Part shown: one piece after another, positions 1 through 12,652 of the stretch
Position numbering within the stretch: position 1 is the first letter of the stretch
Layout: each line of letters begins with the position of its first letter
Origin: Octopus sinensis
Taxonomy: Eukaryota
Direction of reading: 5' to 3'
Length of the DNA: 64,000 bases
Assembly (NCBI RefSeq): GCF_006345805.1
Contig: NC_043010.1
Location: forward strand, 56,606,001-56,670,000
The notes under the pieces: generated by a model
The model's input: only the letters and a program-made list of their open reading frames with translations
Told to the model about the DNA's origin: nothing
Database searches by the model: none
Translations under genes and position numbers: made by a program

Positions 1-344
1 GCATTTGTAAAGCCTTTTCTTTCTCCAGACATGTTTCTGGAATTTAATCTGTTTCTGTAGAAATCAAAGACCACATCTACACAGTTTACGAAATTCCATT
101 GATTGGCCAAGGGGTAGCTCAGTTTTAGATTAGAACCTACTTGAAACCATGTGGCTGGGAGGCAAATTTCTTAACCACATCCATTCCAGGCACTAAAGTT
201 AATTCTACAATTTTAAAACTTTCAGCTAAGAATGGAGAATTACAAAAATGTTGCAATATCTTAATTTTCAAAACTTGTAAATATCTAAACTCTTTTTCAC
301 TATTTCCAAGAATTGCATTTCGGATTTTTATTTATTTGTTTCAG

Positions 345-408
345 TGAAGATATGGCCAAGCTAGCAGCACGGAAATATGCAAGAATTGTCCAGAAACTTG
401 GATTTCCT
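345..408 (+). CDS. TBP: TATA-binding protein, internal coding exon (core domain)
   Basis: ttcag|T GAA GAT...TTT CCT|gtgagt. Translates (S)EDMAKLAARKYARIVQKLGFP, the conserved TBP core. Upstream exons lie outside the window. Confidence 0.97.
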
Positions 409-1737
409 GTGAGTATTTTTTCCAAAAATTAGTCTCAGATTAGTTTCACAGTTTTATTCTTTTATGACAAAACTAGAAATCAATTGGTTTAAGATTCATG
501 TTGCTTTCATCATCATCATCATCATCATATTTATAATTAGACAGAATTCTTAGTGCGGCAGACAAAATGCTGGCTTGTATTTATTCTTAGCATTTCTTGT
601 CTTCAGAGTTTATTATTGAGCAGAACTGCAGTCAAAGGTAGTTCACTGCATTTTGTCAGGGTGTGATTTGTCGAAGAGATTGTTGTTTCCTTTGTGTCGG
701 AGGTGAGAAAGGAATTTTGAATGATTTATTGATGAATTTCTAATTTACTTAAACCTGAAACAGGGAATAATGCCTAAAGTGTTGTGTGAGTAACGTGGAG
801 AAGACGAATCTAATTTCAATGGTAATGGAGACAGAACGGGGGTGGGGGCGAGTTGAAGGAAGTAGAGGCCATTGCAGTGGTTTGTTTGTTAAAGAACAAG
901 TTTGATATGTTGCCAAGGGAGACCATGCCACGCTAGCAGAACACACAAGCAGAAATACAGGTAGTTAATTAATTTACTGAGATGATGTTTAATTGTTCTG
1001 TGAATTGTGGGTAATAATTATTTTCAGATTTTTTAGAATATTTCTTTCAGAGGATTTCCATACGTATGACTAAACAACTGTTGGGTTATCTCCCCATAAC
1101 AGAATAAGCTCTGCTGAAGGAGGCCAAGGTTGGCTAGATGATGCACTTACCCTCAAGTCTAACACCCCTGTACAACAAAGTGGACTATGGTAAAGGCAGG
1201 TTACATTGATGGTCAAGTAACTGCTATCCTCAGTTAGCAGAACACCCCTCTACAACAGAATGGACGATGCTAAAGGTCTCCGGATGATGGTGTCACATGT
1301 CAATGAAAGCCATTCAAGGGAGAGAACTGAGATCGGGGTGTGACTGCAACAGTTTCTAAGCAAGTCGTTGTGCCACGTCTGTAACAGGTAGTCACCTTGT
1401 CACACTTGGTGTCTTTCCAGAATTAAAGGTACACACATTAAGTATTAATGAATAATGTGTCAGGTGTATAGAGACATCATCGTCATTTAACGTCCGTTGT
1501 CCATGCTGTCTGTATTGGCAGGGTCAGCTGGACGAGGCCCTTCCTGATGCCAACCACTTTACAGAGTGGCACTGGCACAGCTGCTTCTTATGTCACACCA
1601 ACACCCACGAGCCTCAAGATCAGGAACCGAGGAGCAAGGCCTTGCAAGCTTCTAATTCCAGCCATTGAGATACATTGGAGAGAATACAAAAGAATAGACG
1701 AGAGGCATCCCTTCTCCATTGCTCCAAGTCCCTTCAC

Positions 1738-1771
<34 letters not shown>

Positions 1772-2843
1772 GGTCATTGCTGCTGCAAATCATGATCAGG
1801 GCCCCGTGGCCTAAATTCAAGGAGACTACCAGAGATGTTTTCTGAACAAGAACAACCAACATCAACTCATGATAGACAACCAAAGATGTATATATTTCAC
1901 AGTAGGTTACAAGTTTCCATCTATACAATGATCAACCTGAAGCCCCGGGAGGAGATATTCTGCCAAGATACCATGCTAGGGGATTGAGCTCACAATCTCA
2001 TAGTTGTAAAGTAAAATTGTTAGCTCTTCAATCATACCTGCAGCTAAAAAAATGTCATTGCACCACAATTGGGTATCAGAAGCAAAAGAAAAACGCCACT
2101 GGTTTGAAACTGTGCTGCCTCCTATAATTTATTATTATGAGAAAGTCTTTGATTGATGTGGAGTTTAAAGTTACAGATTTTTCTCCTTCTTTTAAACTGG
2201 GAGACGGGGCTGGTGGTGCTGTAAGCCTGACTCTCTGATCCCTGAAGGATTAATGTTGACTCTTGCTTCAGTTCCGGCTTTATTAAAACTGGAGAGGGAT
2301 ACAGATCAAGGGGAGATAATTGAGGAGATACATGGACAACCTTGTATTATTCCTCATTGTTCCATGTCTCTTCAGATGTCACTCTGCTAGAGTCTCTCAT
2401 GCCTTGCATAGCTCTCATATACACCCCATGTGTGTGTGTGTGTATAGGTGCTTCCTAACCACATGGTTCTGGATTCAGTCCCACCCCTGTATGGTGCCCT
2501 GGGCAAGTGTCTTCCACAAGAGTCTTCGGCAAACGACCGATGCTCCTCCTCCTCAGTGGATTTGGCAGACGGAAATTGTTTGTGTCTCCTCGTCTTAATA
2601 TCACATCATAGTTGGAAACGAGTGACCCTGCCCCCCAAGCAGTGTCATTCATTTCCAATATGCTGTGAGAACATGTCTGGCCATGGAGAAATATTAGCTT
2701 ACTTGGAAACAGGCGAGGGTAGGCGACAAGAAGGGGCAGCTGGCCATAGAAAATCAGATTCAAACAAACTCCGTTTGACCATGCATGCATGGAAAAGTGG
2801 ACATTAAATGATGCTCACACACCAACCAAAATGTCACCATGAA

Positions 2844-3225
2844 TTGGGTCATCCCATAAATAATGCAGTTTTTTTATACTTCTTTTATTTTTCAAAATTA
2901 TGATAAACAAAGTTCTTTTCTAATCTAAAATATACTCTCCTTCATTCTCTACAATCCTCTTTCATCTCTCTGGTAGACTTGTAAAGCCCTTCTTCCAAAA
3001 TTCACTTGTCCCCATGATGAAAAATACTCCTCCAGTACCGTTCTGACCTTGTGTACAGAATTCATATTTTTCCTTCCAAATGATTTTGAAGACTGCAGAA
3101 TAAATGAAAATCAGATGGGGCAATGTCCAGAGAATATGGTGGGTGTTGATAGACAAGATTGACTTAGCCACTTTCCTCAATATCTTCTGTTGTACATTAA
3201 TGTGGGCTTTAATCACCTTCAAAAC
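2844..3225 (-). mobile_element. Mariner transposon 3' fragment in TBP intron
   Basis: Minus strand gives QHPPYSLDIAPSDFHLFCSLQNHLEGK and, after a frameshift, EFWKKGFTSLPER*KRIVENEGEYILD*. It ends in a TIR-like ttgggtcatcccataa related to the TIR of the 12786-14046 element. Confidence 0.85.
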
Positions 3226-3390
3226 TATTTCACTTCTAATTTTCTAACTACTCCTCCCAGAAATCTTTAACAGTTTCTGAAATGAGAAAGCCTTTATGTT
3301 GATATCTAGAAAATTCTGTGTGTGTCTGTTACTATGTTCAACCCATTTTATCAAATCATTAGTGCTGACCAATTCTCTTTCTATTTTCAG

Positions 3391-3494
3391 GCAAAATTCC
3401 TTGACTTTAAGATCCAGAACATGGTTGGTAGTTGTGATGTCAAGTTCCCCATTCGTCTTGAAGGTTTAGTTTTAACACATCAACAATTTTCAAG
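3391..3494 (+). CDS. TBP: TATA-binding protein, internal coding exon
   Basis: ttttcag|GCA AAA...TCA AG|gtgaga. [34 protein letters not shown](S); phase matches both neighbouring exons. Confidence 0.98.
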
Positions 3495-5209
3495 GTGAGA
3501 TTTCCTCTTTATTGTTTATGTACCTGCTTGCTTAGCCCTGAGTCTGACCCTTATCCACCCCATCCATGGCTAAACACACTCCAGACATGACCATCCTTAT
3601 AGATAGATGTAGCACTAGATTATCTAATATATCCTTTCCTTAATATTGTATGGTGTGGTTTGAGGGAGTTTGGCTGTTGTTCCTAGCAGGTTAAACAATG
3701 ACGTGGAGGTTGATGGCAGTGGTGGTGGTCATATATCTCTGACACTGATATACAAATAATATCTGCTCAGTCCTCTTAAGAGTGACCCAAAGAATGACCT
3801 CTAACTACCCAGGTTGCTGCAGCCCTTGATGGTGCCTGTGATGACAGGAGCTTGTGGTACTTCTCCTTCCCTAATGCAGGGGACCTAATTAATGTTGTCA
3901 AGTTGCTGTCATCTCCAGAAATAGTCTGTTACCATGGTTACATAACTGAAGCTGGTAGCACTTATACACATAGTTGTCTGCCCTTCCTAACACTACCTTC
4001 ATCCGACACTCCTCGATCTTCTACACCTCCCCCCTTTCACTGGGCCCTAATATAATTCCTTTACACACCACTGCACTGTTTGTTGGCCAACAATGCACAG
4101 GTCACTCATTCTGCTACAAATATACGAATGATCCTCACATCATAGCCTGCTGTCTTAATAAGGACAGGGCCATTAGCTAATTTAACCCCTCCCTTGGCTC
4201 CTATAAGACAGGATGGTCATGGCTGGAATACTGTTGATCCTAGTTTACCTCCTTTGAAGTTGAACAGGGGCTAAACAAACACAGTTTGGTTTTCAATGTC
4301 TTCAGGGTTTCACCTTGGCGAGAGAAGGGCACCAGGTACTGATGGACACGAGAGGAAGAGAGGTGGAAACTTGACCAGTTTTGGCCATGGTGAACCTCAA
4401 CAAGTTCCTCAGCACATAATTGTTTTCTTTTGAACATTTTAATGCTTCTTCTAGTGTTAAATCTGTCAGCACTAACTTAGCTATTGTTTACTGGTGCAGA
4501 TGGCATCTGAGAATTTTAATTTCTCCAGTAACCAGTGTATAGTATTGAACCCTGCTCAGAGTTTTTTGATCCAGTTCTTTAATACTACATAATGGTTTAG
4601 AGAGAATAGGGGTAAAGTAGGGTGGAGTTGTCCTTTGCTCCTGTCTCAACAACTCCTTAATGCTGGTGTTACTCAGTACACACTGTAAAGTGGTTGGTGG
4701 TAAGAAGAGCATCCATTTGTAGAAACCAAGCCAAATGACCCTTCTGAGCGCCTGTCTATGGGGACAGTGTCCTCCAACAAGGATCCAATCCAGGATGATC
4801 CATCCTACCAATGCCAGCAAGGAAAGCAGGCATAAAATGATAAAAAAAAAAACAAGGGAAAAAGAGTCGGTGTCTGTAGAACTGCTTAACCCTTCAGTTG
4901 TTTAAGCTCTTTTTGAGGGTGTCAGCCATGACTGGGAGTGTAAAAGAAGTCTTGGCCTGAGATTTCATCCCACAACAAAACACTTTGGATCGATATCTTC
5001 TCCCAAAGTCAGTGAAATTTGGAAACTTGAAATTGTGTGGAAGGTTGCCAAAAGGTGTATTCTTGGTGTTGGAGAATAGATTTGATTCATCAGCTGGTCC
5101 TTGGATACATTTAGTGGAGTGTCCCCTTCCCCACCCACCTGAAGGGGCATGGGGGTTGTCGTTTTTCTGATGATTTTGTGATAGAATTTTCTCTGTTTTG
5201 TATTTTCAG

Positions 5210-5304
5210 TTATGAACCAGAATTGTTCCCGGGATTAATCTATCGAATGGTCAAACCCAGGATTGTGTTGTTAATATTTGTGTCTGGGAAAGTTGTCCTA
5301 ACAG
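5210..5304 (+). CDS. TBP: TATA-binding protein, internal coding exon
   Basis: ttttcag|T TAT GAA...ACA G|gtagga. [31 protein letters not shown](G); 95 nt. Confidence 0.98.
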
Positions 5305-6831
5305 GTAGGACAAAAGCTTTCAATTAATCTGCAATCTTTATTTTTCAATCAGTTATTCATCAACCATCAATCTTTAACCATTAACCCTAACTCATATTTC
5401 AAAAGTCAGTTGTTGATTCTTAAACCTACTATGTCCCACCCAATTGTTGGACAAACAGACAGACAGCTTTCTTGAGCCCCTCCCCACACTGATACAATCC
5501 ACATCACGACCACCACCACCAATCTCGTCTCTTTGATTTCATACAAATGCAGTTGATGTTGGCAAGGGTGTCCAGCTGTAGAAATCATGGAAGCCTGGGC
5601 AGCCCCTGTTCAACCGTACAACCCATGCCAGCATGGAAAGCAGACGTTGAATAGTTTCTAAGATAAGTATAAGGTAGATTGAGGTGGAGAGGGAAATAGC
5701 CCCCTAGTGGTACTTGATCAACCCTGTAAAAATGAAAGGAAAAATCACCCTTGATGAGATTTGAACACTGAATGTAAAGGAAGGTAGTGAACACATGGCA
5801 TTTTGTCCAATTAAAACGTGAAAACTGCAAAGAGGCATGCTGGTGGCCCAGGGTGGGGGTGAAGGAACAAAACAACTGGTAGAGATTCTTTTGAGGCAGT
5901 GAGGGGCATCCAACTGTTTTTGACACCTGCCAATAGAAAGTAAGCTAATTTATAAGAGAGGCCATGTAGAATGAGGTATACTCAACCGGGTTTGGCTTGT
6001 TACACTGACCCTGGAAAAATGTATAATAGAATTAACACAGATGGGATTTGAACTCAGCATATGAGGAGGGCATGACTAAATACTACAAGGTATTTGGTCA
6101 CTGATCTCTTGAAAATAATAATAATTGTAATGAGCAATGGTGGGGCAGAAGTGGAGAGTCTTTTAATAAAGGATTGTTTATTGATTAGCTGGATGACTAA
6201 GCTTCTCTCCACTCTGCAACACCCACCCCCCTCCTCGACACCCTACAACACTCCAATCTGCGAGTCTCTGCCTTGCCTGACTTACTAGAAATAGCTGCAA
6301 AATCCTATAATTTTCAAGCAATTGGACCCATTGACTAATATCTTGGATACATTGTGAAAATAAGACAGGATGGTCATAGCTGGAATGTTTTTGATCATAG
6401 ATGTACTGCATCAGGCCTGACAGAGGGTTAAACAACAGCAATGTAGTAATTCTATCCTCCACCATTTTAATAAAGTGACGGTTTGTGTGGTGGCATGTTG
6501 TGAGGTTTGAACTCACAACCCTGAGCTAAGAGGGTTGGTAGTGGTATGGTATAAAGCAATAGATCTCTTTCATGGTTTTTGATTGATTACTCACTCCTTT
6601 ATGCGTACTCCTGCTATCAATTCTCTTTGACTCTATTCCCAGACAGTTTATTCCCCCACCCCATCTTTCTGTAAACCCAACGCACACACACACGCAAGAC
6701 TTCAGGCCAAATTTTGATGGGAACCCATTGAAGAGATTTCATTTTCTTAAATGTTTAAAACAAAATACTAACCTGTTACTCTTGTTTTCTGTTTCTAACA
6801 TATTGCTCCTGTTTGTTATATCCATGTGTAG

Positions 6832-6908
6832 GGGCCAAAGTCCGACAAGAAATTTACGATGCCTTTGAAAATATCTATCCAATATTGAAGGGTTTCAAGA
6901 AGCAGTGA
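6832..6908 (+). CDS. TBP: TATA-binding protein, terminal coding exon
   Basis: gtgtag|GG GCC AAA...AAG CAG TGA. (G)[24 protein letters not shown], a canonical TBP C-terminus. Confidence 0.97.
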
Positions 6909-7560
6909 GTGCCAGTCACCTTTATCCCTGTTCAATATTCAAATATCTGGCACAGACAGCAACACGGAAGGAACATGCCGCACACCACACCATAATCTTG
7001 TAGAAGACCAGTCTTTGGTAAACATTGAACATAGAATGTTGGTGTTGTGTCAGACAAGTTTCGTAATCCATCTTTTCCAAAGTTAGAAGAATAAAGACAC
7101 ATTGGAAGAGAGTTTGTTGTTTGCCAAGGTGGAACCCTCAAGTTCTGCCGAATTAAAACCATGAAAATGTGACTGATGTCGAGAGAGAAGTGACCAAGCT
7201 CCAAACTAACCAGGGGCCCAATATTGATCACAACTTAGGTGTCTCCTCTATTCCACCTGACACCAGTCACCAAGGATCCACTCAACACCAGTTCTTCAAT
7301 AGATTCCAACAATTTGTCCCCTTCTCTCCTTTCCAGAGACTTTCATCCATTTTTGTGAATTATTTTTCCTCCAGACACCCGCATGCTACTGACCCTTTAC
7401 CTTTCACTGGACTTTCAATAATTTATTCTGACACCTGTGGAGGTGGGAGGGGGCATCTGTGTTTGATGGTTCTATACCCCTGTCCCTGGCCAGGGGTCTG
7501 AGGAGATGGTCAACAGAAACTGTGCAGAAGATGAGTTGTGTGTGTATGTATATATATATA

Positions 7561-7595
<35 letters not shown>

Positions 7596-7712
7596 GCATA
7601 AGAAACACTCGCTCTGCAGACTGGATCATAACAGCAATTAAAACTAGCAAAACAAGATTCAAATTAATGATGGCATAAAATCTGCTTTAATTACTGATAT
7701 GAATGTTTGTGT

Positions 7713-7745
<33 letters not shown>

Positions 7746-8195
7746 GTGCACACACATGTATACGTGTTAGCAACAGTGGGGGGGGGGAGCTGAAAAGTTT
7801 GTGTTTTTCAAAGCAAATCCCTTGTGATGTTTGTTTTGCCTCAAGCTACAGCTACTCCTTGTCCACTTATGCCACTAGAAATGCTGTGAATCAATGGCTT
7901 AGCATGCTGGAACCTTACAAGCAATAATGCTGTTCTTTACCAGTGACATTTTGGAAGTTATCAGAAGACAGATCTATGAACAGGTGTTGCACCAGCATGG
8001 CCTTGGTCATCTCAGGGAGCGTGGTGGGGTGCCCCCACCTCCACAATATCCCCCTTCCTTTCTCTCTTTATGTCAGTACCACTCCACCCTCCAACTTGTG
8101 ATGAAAATGGATGGTGAGGGTTAACAAGAAGGTTGACACCTTTGACCCTGTCAGGTCAAAGGTCATATTCATAAATGACATTGAATCACCACTCT

Positions 8196-8255
8196 AATAA
8201 ACTTCTTTATTTTTTATGTTGTTTCTTTTTTCTTTACTTTTTTTGTTCTTGTTTG
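8196..8255 (+). terminator. Probable TBP polyadenylation signal with U/GU-rich downstream element
   Basis: AATAAA at 8196-8201 followed by a long T/GT-rich tract, implying a ~1.3-kb 3' UTR. An alternative proximal AATAAA at 7090-7095 lacks a strong downstream element. Confidence 0.5.
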
Positions 8256-9249
8256 GTGAGAAGAAGGATGGCATCTGAGTGGTGAGGCGGGGAAGGGATT
8301 TAAGGGGACACGGAAACAAAACCTGTTTCCACTTTTCCTATTTCTAACAAAACAATGTGTTGAAATTGATTTATCTTTTACTTGTTTTATTTATAGGGCC
8401 GTGGCCATGCTTGGGCACTGCCTTCCAGAGTTTAATCCAACAAATTGACCCCAGTACTTATTTTTAAAATCTTCTACTTAATAAGTGTCAGTGTCTTTTG
8501 CTGAAATGCTAAGAGGACATAAATAAACCAACAAGTCGTTAATGTTAATGAAAATTCTTGTCAAGAAGTGCAAGGGACACAACTTTAAAATTCAGTGTTA
8601 TTAATGAGCCCGTGATGTTTTCATGTCCCATTGTGGGGCTCACTTGAAAAGTAGCAATTGCTCGAAGCAGAAGTATTTTTGTCTGGAGGGGTCAGTGTTT
8701 GGGATGTTGAGGATGTGGGATTGTTAGCAGGGAGAGAGAGATCATAGCTCTGGTCATGGGGCTTAGCATTTGAGGGGCGGGTAGTTAGGGCTTTGTCCAT
8801 GACTAGAGGCAAGAGGTGCAGTTGTACAGAAACCATCATGACAAGACAATGGAGAAAATACTGTCCCCGTTGAAAATAGATTTTGTCTGGTGATAAAATC
8901 ACTGCAAGGTTGACATAAAGGTCGTATGACAATGATGACCGTTACAGAGTGTTATTGTGTAAAGCCGACTCTGCAAGGCTGGAAGTGACCGCAAGCAGGT
9001 GTTGTTTATGTAGACAAGGAATTCTTTGGGTAGAACACGGAGTGGATAGTGTGGCCAGAGAAAGTGATGGTTATGCTCTCTTGCAGGAAGCTGCTAGCCT
9101 AAAAAAATCCCGGTGGATAATTGGGCCACAGAGTTTTCCTGCTGTACATGATCAGATGCAACAGTTTTAACTTTTGGTGAATTCCTCAAGTGGGATGGGG
9201 TGTGATGAAGGAGAACAGGTTCCCTCAACATTTCTGTTAACCTGTAAGT

Positions 9250-9770
9250 CATGGGGGTAATGGCTTATTGGTTAGGCTGTTGCACCCCTAAGGCGGCGAG
9301 CTGGCAGAAACGTTAGCACGCCGGGCGAAATGCGTAGCCGTATTTCGTCTGCCGTTACGCTCAGTTCAAATTCCGCCAAGGTCAACTTTGCCTTTCATCC
9401 TTTCGGGGTCGATAAATTATGTACCAGTTATGCACTGGGGTCGATATAATCGACTTAATCCTTTTGTCTGTCCTTGTTTGTCCTCTCTGTGTTTAGCCCC
9501 TTGTGGGTAGTAAAGAAATGGGTTAGGGTGTTGCACCCCTGATCACGAGATCATGGTTTCAGTTTCTGGATCAGGTGGTTTGCTGTGTTCTTGAGCCAAA
9601 CACTTCACCTCACATTGTTCTGCAATCACTTTGACACCTGCCGTACACGTGTTTGGAGAAAGTCGATTTAATGGAGGGAGGGAGCTGATATACAACACCT
9701 GCATTTGATCACTCTAAGCAAATCGTTTGTTGTACAGGTCATTCAACAAAAGCAGGACACTTATATATTG
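9250..9770 (+). mobile_element. Older tRNA-derived SINE split by a younger SINE
   Basis: A-box-like tggcttattggttagg at ~9261-9276. The body resumes at 9541 with gatcacgagatcatggtttcagtttctgg...gtgttcttgagccaaacacttcacctcacattgttc. Confidence 0.7.
9290..9520 (+). mobile_element. Young tRNA-derived SINE with 20-bp target-site duplication
   Basis: aaggcggcgagctggcagaaacgttagcacg...gttcaaattccgcc...ggtagtaaagaaatg. TSD ggttagg(c/g)tgttgcacccct at 9270-9289 and 9521-9540, one mismatch. Confidence 0.9.
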
Positions 9771-10622
9771 TCTTTGACAGAGGATTCCATCTTGTAAGTG
9801 ATGATTCTTTCTGCTATTTTAGAGATGATAGAAGTGAGACAGGAATGGGATGCTGTGTGTGATTCTTGTTCTTTGGAAAGGTGGTGGAAGTCACCTGAAA
9901 ATGCTTCCAAAGATTAGGGTTTATCCTCAGACAGAAAGAAAGATTGAAGGGTTTTGCAAAGACAGAAGCTAACTCTGGGGTGCAATGCTGAAGGGTAACA
10001 AAAGGGGCCCTGTGGGTTTTTGCACATTTTATGTGGCGGGGAGAATGACCCTGGTGGAATGAAGATGGAACATTTTGGAATTTTGTCAAGAGTGAACAAT
10101 GGGAGTCAGATACAAGTCGGGTAAGATACTGGTTTTAGGACTTTGATGTTATTTCTAGCATGTTGATTGATCATTTAGGGGTCTATAAAGAAGAACTGAG
10201 GTGAGATATGAAGATATTTGGTGTTACAGGGGAAAGTACAGGACTGAAATACTGTGTTGGTAGACTTAGCCGCTCCACCTCATCAGGGAACACAATCATG
10301 AAATGTAAAGGGTAAGTTAGAATATTTTTTATAGTTTTATGGATTTATTGATTTTGTGTTGAGGAATGGGCTGTCTGTAACCCCTTAAAGGTTCTTCAAC
10401 ATGAAAAGCCTGCTATGGATAGGGGTTTCAGTGGGAGGCCCTACCCGAGGTGGTAGGAATGGCTGTAGTGATTAGTGCAGGTTTTGGAGGTTAAGAAGAG
10501 GAGAGTCAGACTGGACGGATGGTGGTGGCATGAGCAGCCATCTGTGAGGAAGTGAGTCAGTCGACCAGACTCTCTTGTAGTTTGACCCCAAGTCAACCCT
10601 GGCTGAGTTAATCTGTGATTAA

Positions 10623-10842
10623 CCCTTTCATTACTGTATTTATTTTGAGATGCTCTGTTTTTTTCAATTACTTGTAAATATAACAAAGAATTTAGTAAAA
10701 TAACTTGGTTATCATTAAGCTAGTGTTACGAACATAAACTGTGACTCAGGTTTGGTAGAAGATTTTAATTCAAAACTTATGGAAACAAGACATTTGTACA
10801 ACAGGGCCAGAGCCGGTTTCAGCTGGGTTGGTAACAAAAGGG
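10623..10842. mobile_element. piggyBac-type MITE, copy 1
   Basis: TTAA|CCCTTTCATTAC...GTAACAAAAGGG|TTAA: TTAA TSDs and terminal inverted repeats, no ORF. Same family as the copies at 35209 and 54800. Confidence 0.8.
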
Positions 10843-11104
10843 TTAAAGACATTCCATCCAGTTGTACCTCTACAACTACTTTGAGCAGTGTGATGGTGGT
10901 CTTCTTTCTTTTAAGGTTTAGTTATGCACTTTGAAGTAATTTAGCTGCTATTTCTCTCAGGCCAAGTAAATCTATAGATTCTTCTTGACTGTAAAACAAT
11001 TTGAAGGGCAGCTGATGAGGTAAGTCACATTTCTTGTAGATTCAATCCCACTTCATAGTGCCTCGGGTCAACCAAACCCTTTGTCAGTGAATTTGTAAAC
11101 AGGA

Positions 11105-11265
11105 ACCCTGTGGCTACCTGACAGAGGACCTGTTCCTGGTGGTGTTCTGGTCATTTGATATCTTTAACAGTATCATCCATTGTCTCAAAGAAACCAGGTC
11201 TAAGGATAATTTCCTCCTCTTCAGGTCCTTATGAAAGAGTTATGGGCTTGGCCCTTCCTCCTCTC
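11105..11265 (-). mobile_element. CR1-group LINE 3' remnant
   Basis: Minus frame GPSP*LFHKDLKRRKLSLDLVSLRQWMILLKISND loosely aligns with the C-terminus of the 53500-54000 copy. Confidence 0.4.
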
Positions 11266-12584
11266 ACTTTATCCATTGAATAAAAGAACAAACAAAACAA
11301 AAAATACAATATGAAGGTGAGGGAGAGAGAGAACTGCATTGAATGGGCAGTTGTGATGTCCCACTTGTACACACGCACACACACCATATGTTTGTTTACA
11401 CTTAGACCACTCGGTGTGTGTGTGTTCATTGTCCAAAAACTGTTTCCAACCATGAAATGTAATATTTTAAATGTTATTCCATCATTCATCCAAATTCTCA
11501 CCATTGGTGACACCATCTTTTATGGCTAATGGCTGCAGGAATTTGTTAATATCAGATCAATAATTCCAGTGGCCGTTAATGGATTTTAGTGTTGGGGATG
11601 ATCTAAGGAGAGGTTAAAAGCCACAGCTCGTTAGTTGGCTGGCTGACGAGACAATAGACTTCTCTCTCTCATTAGAAATAGTTTAAAACTGACCAAAAGA
11701 AGTGGGGGATGAAGAATTAGTAAAATCGTTGATGCTTTTGGAGGGGGTCTGTTGTCTACTGTCCATTTATTTGTCAAATAATCTGAAGAATTTGTGTGTG
11801 TATAGATATATATAAACACGTTAAATATGTGTGTGTCTATATATATATAATGCATTCCTTAGGTGTAGTATAGCAAACAACCGCTCTCAGTTCCTACTTA
11901 TAACTGTTTCTTATTACTCTGAGGGCTAATAATTTTAGGGAAGGCATGATTGTCACAGCATTTATGATTTCTCCAACCCATGCCAGCATGAAAGGCAGCT
12001 GTTAAATGATGATAAGACCTCAATTATAAGAAAATCTAGGAGAGTGCATATATATCTGTGTGATCCTCTCCTATAAATGTATATATTGTAATATACATAA
12101 TACTCATGTGTGTGTATATATATATATATATATTATATATATATATAATCATGTATTTATGGGTAATACGTTTGTAATAAACACACATGCATGTGTAAAT
12201 CTAAGACGTGTATTACATACAAAAAGGTGTCCCTACGTACTTTCTCAACTTGCTGGAAATAGTCAAATCTCCCTCAATTCATGCCTCACCATCTTAAAGA
12301 AGGACACACTGGATAATGCAATCATGGGCTCCCTTTCACTTAAGTAAGAGATAGGATGGACACATCTGGAATGATTTTGATAAGTTAGTTTGATCAGGAC
12401 CTACCTAGGGCTAAAAAAAAAAAATCATGCACATTACTAAATAATTAAAAGAACTTAGTTTTTGTCTAGACTTCTGGGTGTCTTTTCAACATGTTTTCAG
12501 CACAGACTGACTTCATTTCTGCTCTTAACCAGCAAATCAGTTTCATAAAACACAACAACTCATTGCATGAAATCCACTGAGGAG

Positions 12585-12615
<31 letters not shown>

Positions 12616-12652
12616 TGCTGCTGCTGTTGCTGTTGTTGTTGTTGTTGTTGTT

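Larger units (their letters stand above)
8600..10615 (-). mobile_element. Degraded CR1-group LINE ORF2 (endonuclease to RT), interrupted by SINEs
   Basis: Minus-strand remnants LQHCTPELASVFAKPFNLSF...WKHFQVT...PIPVSLLSSL resemble the RT N-terminal motif (LKxCAPELAxxLAxLFNxS...NYRPISLLS). SLTLLFLTS resembles the endonuclease LDLFLTS motif. Many stops. Confidence 0.65.

Noticed and set aside
1741-1770. (CAG)10 inside TBP, suggestive of the TBP polyglutamine tract
   Set aside because: It lies in the intron between GFP and AKF, which are contiguous in the core domain. The polyQ region is N-terminal and would be upstream of this window.
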